DNA of 64,000 bases from Takakia lepidozioides (GCA_030704615.1 CM060731.1:84506001-84570000), one strand, 5' to 3'. Positions 48,543-61,161 are shown, numbered from the stretch's first letter. Program-made: numbers and translations. The notes: generated from the sequence alone by a model not told the origin.

Positions 48543-49245
48543 TTGAGTGCATCGACAAGTAGGTAAGAGGAAGTAATGAGAGGAAGTTGTTGCTTCCCTG
48601 CTCCTCAATACCGATGTTGTTTTTGAGTCTGGAAATTGAGTGCGTCGACGGACTCAGATTTAGAAGCACAAGAGAAGAGAAAAGAATGTGAGAGAAGATG
48701 GTGACACAGGAGCAACCACTGCTTAGCTGCTATTCATCAATGAGCTCTTTTGTGAAAAAATTGAATGCGTCAATTTTAAGAGCACTAGGGAAGCGAGAGA
48801 GAAGAAAGAGAGCTTCTTTTGAGTCCACATTCTTTGTTGGAGCTCATTTACAGAGCTCCTTTGTTAGTGAAGAAATTGGGTGCGTTGACGCACTCAGTTC
48901 TAGAGAGGGGGGGAGGGGGGGTGAGGAAGGATTTATTTTATTTTATTTTTATTTTTATTTTATCCCCCCTCCCTAGAATTGAGTGCGTCAACGCACCCAA
49001 AACTTCTTTTTTTTCTTTTTTTCTTTTTTTTTTTTTTTGGTGGGGTGGGGGGGGGGGGGGGGGGCTGGAAAAAGGGTGTGTGTCCAGATCTAAGTGCGTT
49101 GACGCACTCAGTTCTGGTGGGCCACAATTAACCCTCTCCCACTTAGCCAAGAAAGTCTCGAATGTAGTACAGAAATTGGTTGACTTCTGCTTATCCAGGT
49201 TTGTGGCTTGGACACCTCCAGAACTGAGTGCGTTGACGCACTCAG
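48543..49245. repeat. Array of ~7 dyads CTGAGTGCGT-NN-ACGCACTCAG upstream of the methyltransferase-like gene
   Basis: Copies at 48543 (half), 48636-48657, 48761 (half), 48876-48897, 48979-49000, 49090-49111 and 49224-49245 (perfect). Confidence 0.85.
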
Positions 49246-49744
49246 TGGAGGGCCTTAAAACCCAGTTCTGGTCACATTCCTCTTCATTGACCTTGACATT
49301 CTTTTCTCTATAGGTACATCAAGAATGCATACTATATTATTAGATAAACCTAAATGTACCTTAAATGAATGTTAATGAGAGGGGTGGGAAAAACACTCGC
49401 CTTTGCCGCATCCGCAATCTTGTTCTTCTTGTAATGTTTTTCGACAACATGCGGTCACCGCCTCAGTGGTCAGGTGCCGCCCGGCGGTATCCATTCCCAA
49501 CACTTAGTGCACCAACACTCAATCCTGTCGGGGGGGGGGGTCAAAGGTGGACGTGGTTGGACGAGGTGGCCCGCGAGGGGGCAACCCGCGGCGCGCCCGA
49601 CTCGATCCTGAAGTGTCAACATCCTCCGCATCACCTGAAATTTGGCCCCGGTCCCTTCTACGATTGTGCCCGGCAGTATGTATTGGATCAGGTGCAATGG
49701 GTGCCTCCTCGCCACGAAAAATTGTCGCTTCAGGGCCACAATCG

Positions 49745-50565
49745 ATATGTGGTACTACCTCCCCATCCTCAAGGGAGACGGGTCGATGTTTCCTCACCAT
49801 CCCATCCTAATTGACACACACCACCAACACTTTCATTTCTCAAAAACCGTTGGCAAAAAAACCCTATGCCTCAGCCTCGGGGCTTTCAAAATTGGTAACC
49901 AAAGGCGGAGCATCCCTATGGTGCTAGAGCCCAAGACAATAAATCCTTCCTCTCGTTCTCTCTCCAGGATGCTCACATTATGGAAAAATTTGTTCAGACC
50001 CAACGCTTTGCGATTATCAGATTGAACCACATTTTGGGTATGTGAATCCTAATTACACCGTTTATCCTTTTGACCCCAAGACCCACAACCAAACCGCCAA
50101 TCCAAAACCTGGCACCATTAAGAAAAACAAACACCCTAACCCAGTACCATATGAAAAAATAAATAAATAAAATAAAAACTAAGAAACCCAAAAGGCCCTA
50201 AACCCTAAATCCAAAAAGGCCGGCCGTCGCCTCCGGCGACACCCTGGCGTCGCATTGGACGACGAGTTTTTATTTTATTTTTTAACTGGGGGTCGCACCC
50301 CACGACGGACAGCCGTCGCGGGGGGCGACGTGTTTTTTTATTTATGGGGCCGGGGGTCGCAAGAAACGACGGCCAGCCGTCGCAATCTTCATTTTTACAT
50401 CTAAAAAAAAGGCGGGCGCAGGCGTGCGACGGCCGGGCGTCGCACGTGGGCGCCGCGCCCTTTTTTTTTCCCCTAAGTGCTTCAAGCATCTCTTTCCCCT
50501 CCCATTTTCGTTTGCTCTTTGGGAGAGAGGTAGTTCAGAGAGTGGGGTTTAGGGTGGAGGAGAAA
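49745..50565. mobile_element. Composite non-autonomous repeat, copy 2, with LINE-derived piece and GCGAC-N8-GTCGC dyad cluster
   Basis: Colinear with 16275-17147; 49981-50056 is the reverse complement of LINE 37078-37154; dyads at 50235, 50301, 50365 and 50425. Confidence 0.75.
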
Positions 50566-51067
50566 CGCACTTGCTGCTGAGCCCGAGGTGGTCGCAAGGC
50601 CCCAAGGAGTTTGCCCCAATGCCGCTCCAATGCCCAAGGTAAGCACCGCCTCCTCCCTTACATTTCCAATTCGAAGTATGGAAATGCCATTACAAGAAAG
50701 AAAATGTGGTACCGCATTTCCGTTGCGACCAGAACGGCGGAGTGGGAGCTGCCGGACATCAATGCATGGAAACAAAGGAAATGCGGTGCCGCATTTCCGA
50801 GCTGGGGCATGTACATGTTTCCGTTTATTCAAAGATGGATTTCTTCAACCTCGGGACTCTGATATCGCTGACTCTAATATATTCATGTGGACAAACACAT
50901 TGTACAAATGAGACCACAAATTCTAAACAGTGGGCCAATAACGGCAGTTCATTGAATACAATGAAACACAGTACACAGAAGTGAGGGCACGTTGTATTGA
51001 TCGAACACGGTGTCGCACATTAAGCAAGTCCAAACAAATCTAAGCCCTTCCGCCTACTACATGGGCG

Positions 51068-52162
51068 TCACCAAGTCGACGGAACTTCAATAGCCCTCAA
51101 AACAAGCTCATTTGTGACGCGGCACCTCCAGGTAAACTGCATTGCAGTCGTTCTGGTGCCCTTGCTGGAGCTTCCTGCAGTATTCTGAAGTTCTTCCACA
51201 ACGTTGGAGAATTCTTGCTTCGAACGTTGAGCAGCAGCACCCTCCTCCGCTGACAGATCAATGACATCGGTCGGTCCCGTTGCCTTCGTTGCAGCAGACA
51301 CGCCCCCAATATCACCTATCTGGAAATCAAGCAGGAACTGGGCTTCAGCTCGTGGAACCGGTTTTGCGGGAGACTGCTTCGCCCTCCCTCTGATTGCCTT
51401 CTGCTTCTTATTCTTTGCAGGTGAAGGTGTCTGCTGCATTTGAATGTGTACTGCCCTCTTTTGCTTCATTCTCTTGGGGGGGGGAGGAAACGGCCTGGTC
51501 CGGTTCGGAAACCTGTTCAAGCACAGGCTGCTTCTTCTTCATCTTTGCTAGAGAAGGGGCCGACCACTGCTGGCGATTCTCCATGAGTTTCAAACGTGAG
51601 TCTTTCTCTGGTGCTTTGAACTTCAAAGACTTGCATTTCCAAGCCGCGTCCTTGAAACGCACAGGGCTAAGCCCGCCAGGAAGACCCGTGCTCGAGGATT
51701 GGATGGGTATACGTGCTGCAGCTAGCTCCACGGATTCTTCCTGCGGCTCTTTGGATTCTTGCGATCCCTCCACCACCTCCACCTTTCGAGTTAGGCATGC
51801 AAACATCTTCTGCATTCAAGTGTCCTATCATACAGTCTAAAAATTGCACAATGAAAAGGAGGGAAGGTTTCGGTGCTCAATCAGCTGCGCGTATACCGAT
51901 AGCGCGGAGCTCTCACTGGGGGCTAGGTTGCCTGCATTGCCTGCTACTACGCAATGACCATCTCCTCCTGAAGACGCATCTGCTTCCTCCCCTTCGGCAT
52001 TGGCCTTGGTCCGAAGTACAACTTGCGGAGCTTGTGACGACGTCTCTTCTCTGGCGCAAGAACTTCCTCCCTCTCAGGTTGGAGCATGAGAAGAACAGAG
52101 ACACGGAAAATGGGCGAAGAGTGCAGATGGAAAGGGCGCGAGAGGGGTGAATGAGCAACCAC
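51068..52162 (-). pseudogene. Degenerate orphan ORF (charged, K/R/E/P-rich) divergent from the MULE transposase; possible accessory gene
   Basis: Overlapping minus-strand ORFs 51947-52162, 51408-51815 and 51068-51520 with similar disordered composition; no recognisable domain. Confidence 0.4.
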
Positions 52163-52451
52163 GACAAAAGAACATAAAACGGCGGGGATGCACCGCTTGG
52201 GTTCGAAAGGCTGGGCTGGAAGTGTCTCCTCTTGGACTATGCATCATTAGGAAATTCGAATCGTTAAAGGTACGTGTGCAGTCTGCTGGACAAACATCAT
52301 TATCCAACGGTCAGGCCGCGCCGCCTCCTGCCACTTCAGCCAGCATGAGTGCAGACATCAAGATGCGGCCCCACATTCCTACCGTTCGATCTCGCATTAC
52401 CTTTCACATCTCGATGCAGGATGAAAATGCCAGGGTGGACTCGAGACACAT

Positions 52452-53861
52452 GGAAATGCGGTGCCGCATTTCCGTTGGGCCACATGTGCATTTATCATGA
52501 AGTAGGATTTAGCACGGGAATGTTGAGGGGCATTCCGTTCGAACTGTTGGAATTTGTATGCCAGGGACGGAAATACGGCACCGCATTTCCGTCCCAGCGA
52601 CTGATGAGTTACAGTGAAAACGGAAATGCGGCGCCGCATTTCCGTTCCACTGTTTCATGACTTTCATCCAGAACGGAATGCGGTGCCGCATTTCCATTCC
52701 ACTATTGCATGCCTTACATGTTGGACATAAATGCGGCGCCGCATTTGCGTTCTGGAAATGTGGAGGGTACACCTCGGACGGAAATGCGGCACCGCATTTC
52801 CGTTCGACTGTTACATACCTTACTTGTTGGACGGAAATGCGGTGCCGCATTTCCGTTGCACAGTTACAGGCCTTTCATGCTGGAAAATACAGAGGTACAC
52901 CTCGGACGGAAATGCGGCACTAGTTGGTCGGAAATGCTGCTCCACATTTCCATCCAGAAAAGTACAAAGGTACACCGCGGACGGAAATGCGGTGCCGCAT
53001 TTCCAATCCACAGTCACAGGATTTGCATGTTGGACGGAAATGCGGTGCCGCATTTCCGTCCAACTGTTACATGTCTTAATAGTTGGTCGGAAATGCTGCT
53101 CCACATTTCCATCCAGTAAAGTACAAAGGTACACCACGGACGGAAATGTGGTGCCGCATTTCCGATCCACAGTCACAGGGTTTACATGTTGGACGGAAAT
53201 GCGGCGCTGCATTCCCGTTCTGGACGATACAAAGGTAGACTTCAGACGGAAATGCGGTGCCGCATTCCGTCTAAATGTTACATGCCTTACTTGTAGGACG
53301 AAATGTGGCGCATCAGTTCTTGTTGTGCCGGAGTTTTTGTTGTTCTCCATGTGTTGTTGTCCTTGTCTGCCTGAAGTCTGCAAGGTTTTCAATCAATCTT
53401 ACGTCCAGTTTACGGTAAACATGTGATTTCTTACTGTCTTACTGTTTCACAATTTCGAAACATCCGGGACGGAATGCGGCACCGCATTTCCGTCCACTGC
53501 AATCGAAAGTAAGAGACCGGAAGGAAATGCGAAACCGCATTTCCGTCCTCTGCATTCATTAATAAGAGCCCGGACGGAAATGCGGTACCGCATTCCCGTT
53601 CCTGCCTATCGAAGGTGTCCCAGTCGATGGAAATGCGGTGTCGCTTTTATGTTCAACGTGTCTTCCTTGTCTCATTCGACCGAAATGTGGTACCGCATTT
53701 CCGTTCCACCATGTGCCTGCTGGTACAGTGGACGGAAATGCGGTACCGCATTTCCGTTCTAGCACTAGTTTGGTTTCCTCGTTGACGAAAATGCGGTGCC
53801 GCATTTCCGATCACAATCAGCAAGAGCACGATGTTGAACGGTAATGCGGCACCGCATTTCC
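52452..53861. repeat. Phased palindrome array: GGAAATGCGG-NN-CCGCATTTCC plus ~31-bp variable linker, 52-53 bp period, two blocks
   Basis: Starts at 52569, 52622, 52675, 52727, 52780, 52833, 52930, 52983, 53036, 53089, 53142, 53195, 53248 and at 53471, 53523, 53576, 53629, 53681, 53734, 53787, 53840; outliers at 50700, 50777 and 52452. Confidence 0.95.
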
Positions 53862-55610
53862 GTTCCGTCATGTGTACTTGGATGCATTGTTCCAAAATAA
53901 CACAATTGCGGCCTGTCTTTATGAGCACAACTTGATTGTCAAACCGTTTTAACTAACAGTCCTGGCACTTGTCAGTGCGAATGTTCATGTCTACACGAGA
54001 ATATTGCAGGATGCACCCTTAGGAAAAATTGTCAGAAGATGTTATTTTCTCGCCGAAATGACCATCATTGTCATACATAAAGGATATGGAATCGGAGCTC
54101 CCACCTTCATGCATGTATCTTGAAACATTCTTCTCCACTTCAATGTGCGACTTCCAATCGTCGATGGCTTCCGCAGTTCCAATTAGGTGGTGCATGTGAG
54201 CCTTGGTCCGTCGCTATAGGGAACCTTGCACTTGCCAACTTCGTGCGGTGTTCGATGGCTCCCAATTTGTACGCTATAGTTTGCTGTCCTCCGCAACTTG
54301 GGAGAGCCAGAATCCCAAACGAGGGAGGACTTTGCAGAGTGACTGAAACTTACCTTTGTTCCAAATTCAAGCTCAAACCGGGCACAGTTTACTTGGAAGA
54401 AGAAATGAAGGATGTTCCTGGATTGGTTGATGAGACCATTGTCGTGCTAGGTAACGACGGAGGTTGCGGAATCGAGTGGCACATATCCCCATCAGACACC
54501 ATCTGGTACCGCGCTGTGGGAATGCCCATTCCCTTTCCGAATCAATCGCTTCCTACACCATCCACAAAGGAGTCGGGAAACCGACAGGTGGCCACTGCCA
54601 TCAGAGAGGTATGCAACGATAATCATTCCCGACCTGGACCGTCAAGACCCTCCATAGCTTCTCGTGTGGAGGTTTTTGATATTTCCGACGAGGAAGATGA
54701 GTGCATTGAGGTCCCCATGTCCTCCACATGGTCGTTCCAATCCGACATGGACGTCTCTTTAGGTGCAACGCATGTACCCCCGAGCATAACTCCATCCCGC
54801 TCCATTGTGCAGCTCCTACAACAACATCACCTCGATGGTTCTCGCTCCGAGCTGGCTGCTCTTGACTATGCCAAATTTCCTGTCAGGAAGGTAACGTATC
54901 TGCCTCCCGAAGTCGATGGTAATGTGATCTTCGAGTTTCCACCTGTTACTTTGTCAAACAAAGCCTCAGGGATGTTAACAGACATGGATCGAAAGCATGA
55001 CAGACACCCCTGGTGTGTGACGAAGACCAGTAGCACAAAAATTGTTGATGGTGTTCGTGTACGATACGTCCTCTGTGCGGGGAAGCTGAGATGCCTCAAT
55101 CCCGCTTGCTTCCACTTTCTTTCCAAAGGAGGGCGGAGAAACGAGACGGATTGGACTGGCACAACCCATCATCCATTCATTGTCTCCAGCCAAGCTCTTG
55201 CGGGTACTTTCAAGTGCACACATTCCAAAGAACCACCGACGTGCATGTCCATGTGCAGAGCCAAGCAATATTACGTAATCCATTTGCTCCCGGACTTGAC
55301 TAGAGCTTGCATACACGTTGGGGTCCACTGCCACCCCTTGGCGAGAGGCAACATGCGGGAGGTTGTGCAGGAAGCACACGACATCATAAAAGAGGAGGTG
55401 AAATTGAGCCCCAGAGCCAGACCAAAGCAGATTCAGCTGAAGGCAGCCCACAAGATTGCTCTTGGCAAAATCATGTCTAAAGATGGTTCAGACCAAGTGC
55501 CCTTGAACAAAGAGGAGATGCTTGACATGTTGGAGTCCGTCTCGCAAGTTTGTAGTCCTAATGTGCGGAATCACATCGTATCTTGCAAGCAGGAGTTTGG
55601 CCGGGGGTCG

Positions 55611-56325
55611 TGTCGCGCACCTCACTTCGGTAAGCTCCCCCCTCAAGTCATAGTTACTCGCTTGATGTGCGCGCCTAACTCCCAACCTGGCCGCTGGGCC
55701 AACTTGGAGCTTCGGCTGCTCACCGGGACATAACGGTCCCCCCCTGATCTCCCAAAAACCCCTCCAACGATTTAGAACCAGCGGAATTCCCTTTGGTAGT
55801 TGGCAGTCCGGAACAGCTCCCCACTCTTTGGTCGCTTTCCGGCTCGCTCGCTTACTCACTAGCTTTTGGTCACCAACGGGCTTGCATCGTTCTCGGGGTT
55901 ACTACTCCCTATATATACTTCTGTAGCTGTCCGCGGGGGTTTCACAAACAACCATGCCATTTTATGGCGAACCACCACGAACACCCTCGACTCCCGGTGA
56001 TGAGTCGCGGTGAGTCTTGGCCCACTCACCACGGCCCCTATGGACCGTGATGAGTCCCCAAGACTCCCCACGACTTCCACCACGAGGTCTCCGCCCCAGG
56101 GTGAGTCCTATGCCACCCCCACTAAGTCCCGCTAAGCTACCACCACCCCTTGTGGAGCCACCCCCACCGCAACCCGGTGTGGGGCTCCACCTAGTGAGCG
56201 CCTCCGCCTCCTTGAGTGCTTTGGGCACTCAAGGGTGCTTCAGCCCCCCATACCTATCGCTGCCCCTGCCCCCACCACAGGGGCAGCCCCTCTTGTGTCC
56301 CGACCCCCTGCCCTGAAGGCAAACA
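55611..56325 (-). repeat. 3' LTR of chromovirus (715 bp), preceded by G-rich tract GGTAGGGG
   Basis: Direct repeat of 61154-61658 and reverse complement of solo LTR 25734-26460. Confidence 0.92.
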
Positions 56326-57225
56326 CCCCTACCAACAGGGAGTCGATGTCCTCATCGGCTTGTACATTTTGTGGAAACAAACATCCAAGTTGTGGCGTCC
56401 CACATCAAGGAGTTTGTTTCCGTACCATGGCGTCCCATGGCAAAGAACCAAACCCCACTTGACTCTACTCTCCACTAGCTAGTTTGGCCGACTTCCTCCA
56501 AGTCCCGGCCAAGGGTGGAGCCTCTCAAGCTCCTCCCAGTGCACTCTTCTTGGCCTACTTCAAGGCCAAGGAACGATCCTCCCCGAGGATCGAATCGCCT
56601 TACTGCAACAACATTGCTTGCGACTGCTCATGATGCCGTTTTTGGCATCACCTTGAGCAAGGGTTCACCTCGAACCCTCTTTGACTAGGAAGATAACCTT
56701 GAACCAACCGTGCGCCCCAATCACTACAATTGGGTCCGCCTTGGAATGCTGGCCTGAGGTACGGGAACACGCCAAGCCGCACTACGACTTCGTCCCGAGG
56801 CTACACGATTATAGTACGTGAACGGAAGCACGTAGCTTCCGCGTTAGCCCGCACTACAAAGCAACCCCCTCGGTAGCGCAGTTATAGTATGCGCACACGC
56901 CAGGTGTGCACTAGCACGTGAACTCCTAAAGAAGGCGCAAGTTTTCCTTGCCCCTTTGGATGGAAGTCACCCGATTTCGGCACTGCGCAAACACACGATT
57001 AACCCAATTTACCTCTCCCACTTTTGTAAGCTAGCTTGCATTCTACACACTAGCCAACCACACCATGCATCACTATTCCAAACAAAATAGGACGCACAGC
57101 ATTTGGAACCCATTTCCTTTATAACAAATTTTTGTACAATACAAGTTTTTGCAATCGGATTCCTAAGCTAGCTAAGCTGGCTAAGCATGCATTTCCTCCC
57201 CCACGCTCCAAGGTTGATGTCCCCA

Positions 57226-60200
57226 TCAACGCTTCTTCCGTTTTTGAGGTCGCCCTTCGAAAACTGCAACCGCCTCGGATGCGTTTTCCATTTCTGAGGC
57301 ACGCACCCAAGATGCCTCCACATGATGATAGCCCTTCCATTTGACGAGATACTCCGTTTCTTGGTTCTTGAACCTCCTCGACTTAAGTACTCTCTCCACC
57401 TCATACTCAGGTTCATTTTCATGATCCAACAGCACAGGTGGCAGACGCAACACTTGATGCCGATTCGGACGCGCTTCATCTTTGAAGTAAGGCTTCAAAA
57501 GGGAGACGTGGAATACTGGATGCACCTTGATGTTTGCCGGCAGCTCCAATTCATACACATCCTCATTCATAACCTTCCGGATGCGAAAGGGTCCCGCATA
57601 TGGAGGTACGAACTTTGGACTCACTTCCGGAGGTAGTCGGAAATTCTTGATGTTCAACCAGACCTCCGTGCCTGCCTCAAACTTCACTTCCCTCCGCTTC
57701 CGATTCGCTTGCCTTTCATACCGTTTCCTAGCTTTGGCAATGTTGTACTTTGCGAGCTTCAACAAACGTTCGCGTTCTTCCAGTACCGCCGCTACTGCCG
57801 GTTCCTCAACGTCCTGGGCGGCCCAACTTGTCGGCACCAGAGGTGCTTTTCCATAGACCAATACGAAAGGGGAAACTCCCATTGCGGAGTGTTCTGTGTT
57901 ATGATAACAGAACTCTGCCGCGTCTAAGTGTTCCACCCAGTCTGTTTGGTCTGCCGACACGTAATTCCGCAAGATCTGCTTCACTACGGAATTCACTCTT
58001 TCCGTTGGCCGTCGGTCGTAGGTCGGAAGGCGGTGCTCATCTTCAGCCTCTTCCCCATCTTTTTCCAAAGTGCCCTCCAAAATTTACTCGTAAACTTTGG
58101 ATCGCGGTCCGAGACAATATCCTTCGGGACTCCATGATGCTTTAAGACGTGGGCGAAGTAAAGTCGCCTTGTTTCTTGTGTCGTTGCCGTCTCCTTGGTG
58201 GGGATGAAATGGCCCATTTTACTGAACCTATCCACCACCACCATGATTGCATCGAATCCTTTTGACAGCGGCATAGCAGTCATGAAATCCATTGAGACGC
58301 TTTCCCAAGTCCCCTCTGGAATCGGCAAGGGTTGTAACAGCCCCGCTTGCTTTTTGTACTCGCTCCGGTTTTGTTGGCATGTGGTGCATGTCTTGACATA
58401 CTCCTCTGCCTCCTCCCTCAGTTTGGGCCAGAAATACTCTTTCTTCAAGAGTGCCGCAGTGCGCTTGGCTCCGCCGTGGCCCGCAAGCGGAGGTCTGACA
58501 GCGGCCCCGTGATCTTGGCGAAATTTCTCACATACTTCCGGTAGTAGGAGGCGAGTCCTCGGAAGGATCGCACTCCCGGGACCGAAGTCGGAGGCTCCCA
58601 GTCCAAGATTGCCCTCACCTTCCTGTCATCCATTCTGATCCCATCCTATGTAATCACATGCCCCAGGAACTCCACTTTTGTGACCCCGAATTCGCACTTT
58701 GAAGCTTTGGCATACAGCTTCCCTTCCCGCAATTTCTGGAACACCCTTTTGAGGTGCTCCAGGTGCTCCTCCTTTGTTTTCGAATACACCAAGATGTCGT
58801 CGATGTACACCATCACAAAGTCATCCAACCACTCCTGGAAAAGGCTGTTCATCAACGTGCTAAAGGTCGCGGGAGCGTTGGTGAGTCCAAAAGGCATCAC
58901 CAAGAACTCATATGAACCATACATTGTCCTGCACGCGGTCTTCTCCTCATCTCCTTCCGCCACTCGAATTTGATGATAGCCGGAGCGCAGATCGATCTGG
59001 CTGAAATACTTCGCTCCTGCCAACCGATCGAAAAGGTCGTCGATCCTTGGCAAAGGGTACCGGTTTTTTATAGTCACCTTATTCAAAGCCCTGTAATCGA
59101 CACACATCCGCAGCGTCCCATCCTTCTTGTCTGCGAATAGCACCGGGGCTCCGTAAGGTGACTTACTTCGCCGGATGTACCCCTTTGACATTAGATCTTT
59201 GAGCTGAGTCTTCAGCTCGACCAACTCTCTGTGGCTCAACCAGTAGGGCGCCTTGGCAGGCGGTTCCGATCCCGGTATCACCTCAATCTTGTGGTCAACT
59301 CCTCTTCGCGGGGCAAGCCGCTTGGTAAATCCTCCGGCATCACATCCTGGTATTTCTCCAAAATCCCCTTGATCCAATCTGGGCTCGGCTCCCCATCGCC
59401 TTCTCCCTTCAGTTTTCTAATATAGAGCAAAAACTGGGGCTCGTGTGCCTCCTCCACGGCCCACTCCCTTGCTGACATGAGGTTTATTCGCCCTCCCACG
59501 GGTTTGGGCGTTTCTGACACTTGTAAGACCTCGCCACCATTCCCACATGGCAGCGTGACTACTCTCTTGCGGCCATCTATGACCGCTCCGGATTTGCTCA
59601 AAAAGGTCACCCCCAAAATGAGATCCACTCCATCGATCTCGCAGATGGTGAAGTACTCACGTCCCTCCCAACTCCCCAGTTGAAGAGGAACATCAAACGC
59701 CAACCTTGTCGCCAATTGCGGTTCTCTTTTGGCAGAACGCACCTCAATAGAGGCCCCCACGTCACTTGTCGGGAGTCCCAGCTTTTGTGTTGTTGCCGGT
59801 GTTATGAAGGAGTGCGACGCTCCTGTGTCCCACCACAATGACACGTTAGTTCCAGATATTATCCCATCCACGAACAATAACTGACTCCCTTTACGTAAGG
59901 CGCCAGTTTCCTGATACAACTCACAAGAAAATTTGCCTACCTTGCAAGTCCTGACGACCACCGCTTCCACCAAGCGACTGATGGTATCTTCCGACAGCTC
60001 TGTGGTTGCCCGAGTCATGTTCAATTGCCGGGGCTTCGTGCACTTTTTGGCCATGTGCCCGGGCTCCCCGCAATTGAAACACACTCCATCAAAGGTCGCC
60101 TTCTGTCCGCCATAAGCCGCTCCACCCCTTTTCCTTTCGAAGCACCGGGTGCCGCCTTGACTTGTGAAGGCCCTCCCTTTGATTTCCACGTGCCATTGTC

Positions 60201-61161
60201 GTCGCGTGGCCTATCCCACTTCTTTTCCGGTCGGAAGGAATCACCTTCCTGCCGGGTCTTCTTGTGGTTCAGCTCCGTACGGCCTTGTCTTTCACCCTTA
60301 GGGACATCCGAGAAACATTCAGCCCTCTCAATTGCCTCGTTCAAAGTCTTAGTGGCTTCTCCTCCAACTTCCGCCTGGCCCATGGGGCCAGTCCCGCCAC
60401 AAAGTTGAAGACCATTTCTGGTTCTGCCATGTCCGCGACTTCGAGCAACAGCACATTGAAAGCCTGGACATATCCCCGAATGTCATCTGTTTGCTTCAAA
60501 TTCCTCATCTTGTCCCGGCGAGCCAGGACGCGTTGAGGGGCACAAACTGCCTCTTCATCAATTCCTTGAACCCACTCCAGTTCAAGGTTTCCGGGCTTGG
60601 ACCTCGGTCGTGAAGGCGTTTCTGCCACCATTGTTGAGCATAACCCCTCAAATAGGTGGGAGCCACTTCCACCCGATCCTCGTCACTCAACTTGGCCGCT
60701 CGGAAGTACTGCTCCAGCTCCAAGAGCCAGGTGTTGAGTGCCTTCCGATTTCGGACACCCTCAAAGGTGCCGGGTTCCTTTGGCTTCACCTTAAACTTTG
60801 CCTTAGTGGAAGTGGTATTAGCCGCCTTCAACACGTCTTTCAACGTCCCGCCAAATTGCTCCAACAACCCTTCCCAAAAGGCTGCCGGCATGGGAGGCAT
60901 CTGTTGGTCGGTCGGAGCTCTCAAGGATTCCTCAGGCTCCGACTCCTCAGATTCGTCCCGCTCTTGAGCGGCCTCGTTTTTGGAAACATGCATTGCTTCC
61001 TCAAACGGCCGCCTCGGTGACACGTCGCCCCCATCGGGCTCACCGGGATCATCATCTTTTGGGCCGTTCCGCTTTCGTTTTGGCTTGCCCGACCCCATGA
61101 TGAGGCCAATCCCAAGGACGATCGCAAACTGAACTCTAAGCTCTGATACCAAGTGTCGCAC
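57226..61161 (-). pseudogene. Chromovirus gag-pol (frameshifted; RNase H deleted)
   Basis: ORFs 60505-61161, 60341-60631, 59278-60189, 58646-59377, 58445-58633, 57993-58448 and 57226-58080; RT thumb ..TGPLSDL abuts integrase GHGGAKRT at ~58490. Confidence 0.9.
61140..61151 (-). promoter_or_regulatory. Primer-binding site complementary to initiator tRNA-Met
   Basis: TGGTATCAGAGC, 2 nt inside the 5' LTR end (..GCGACA-CT-TGGTATCAGAGC). Confidence 0.93.

Noticed and set aside
52452-53861. True CRISPR array
   Set aside because: Eukaryotic intron-containing context, no cas genes, and block 1 linkers are related to each other rather than unique acquired spacers. Annotated as a repeat array instead.
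52349-53928. ORFs with repeating RKCGAAFP / GNAVPHFR / TEMRCRIS peptides
   Set aside because: These are six-frame translations of the DNA palindrome; the 53-bp period is not a multiple of 3.
56017-56316. Proline-rich extensin-like ORF (also mirrored at 25879-26109)
   Set aside because: Lies wholly within the LTR, is deleted in the 5' LTR, and reflects C-rich composition.
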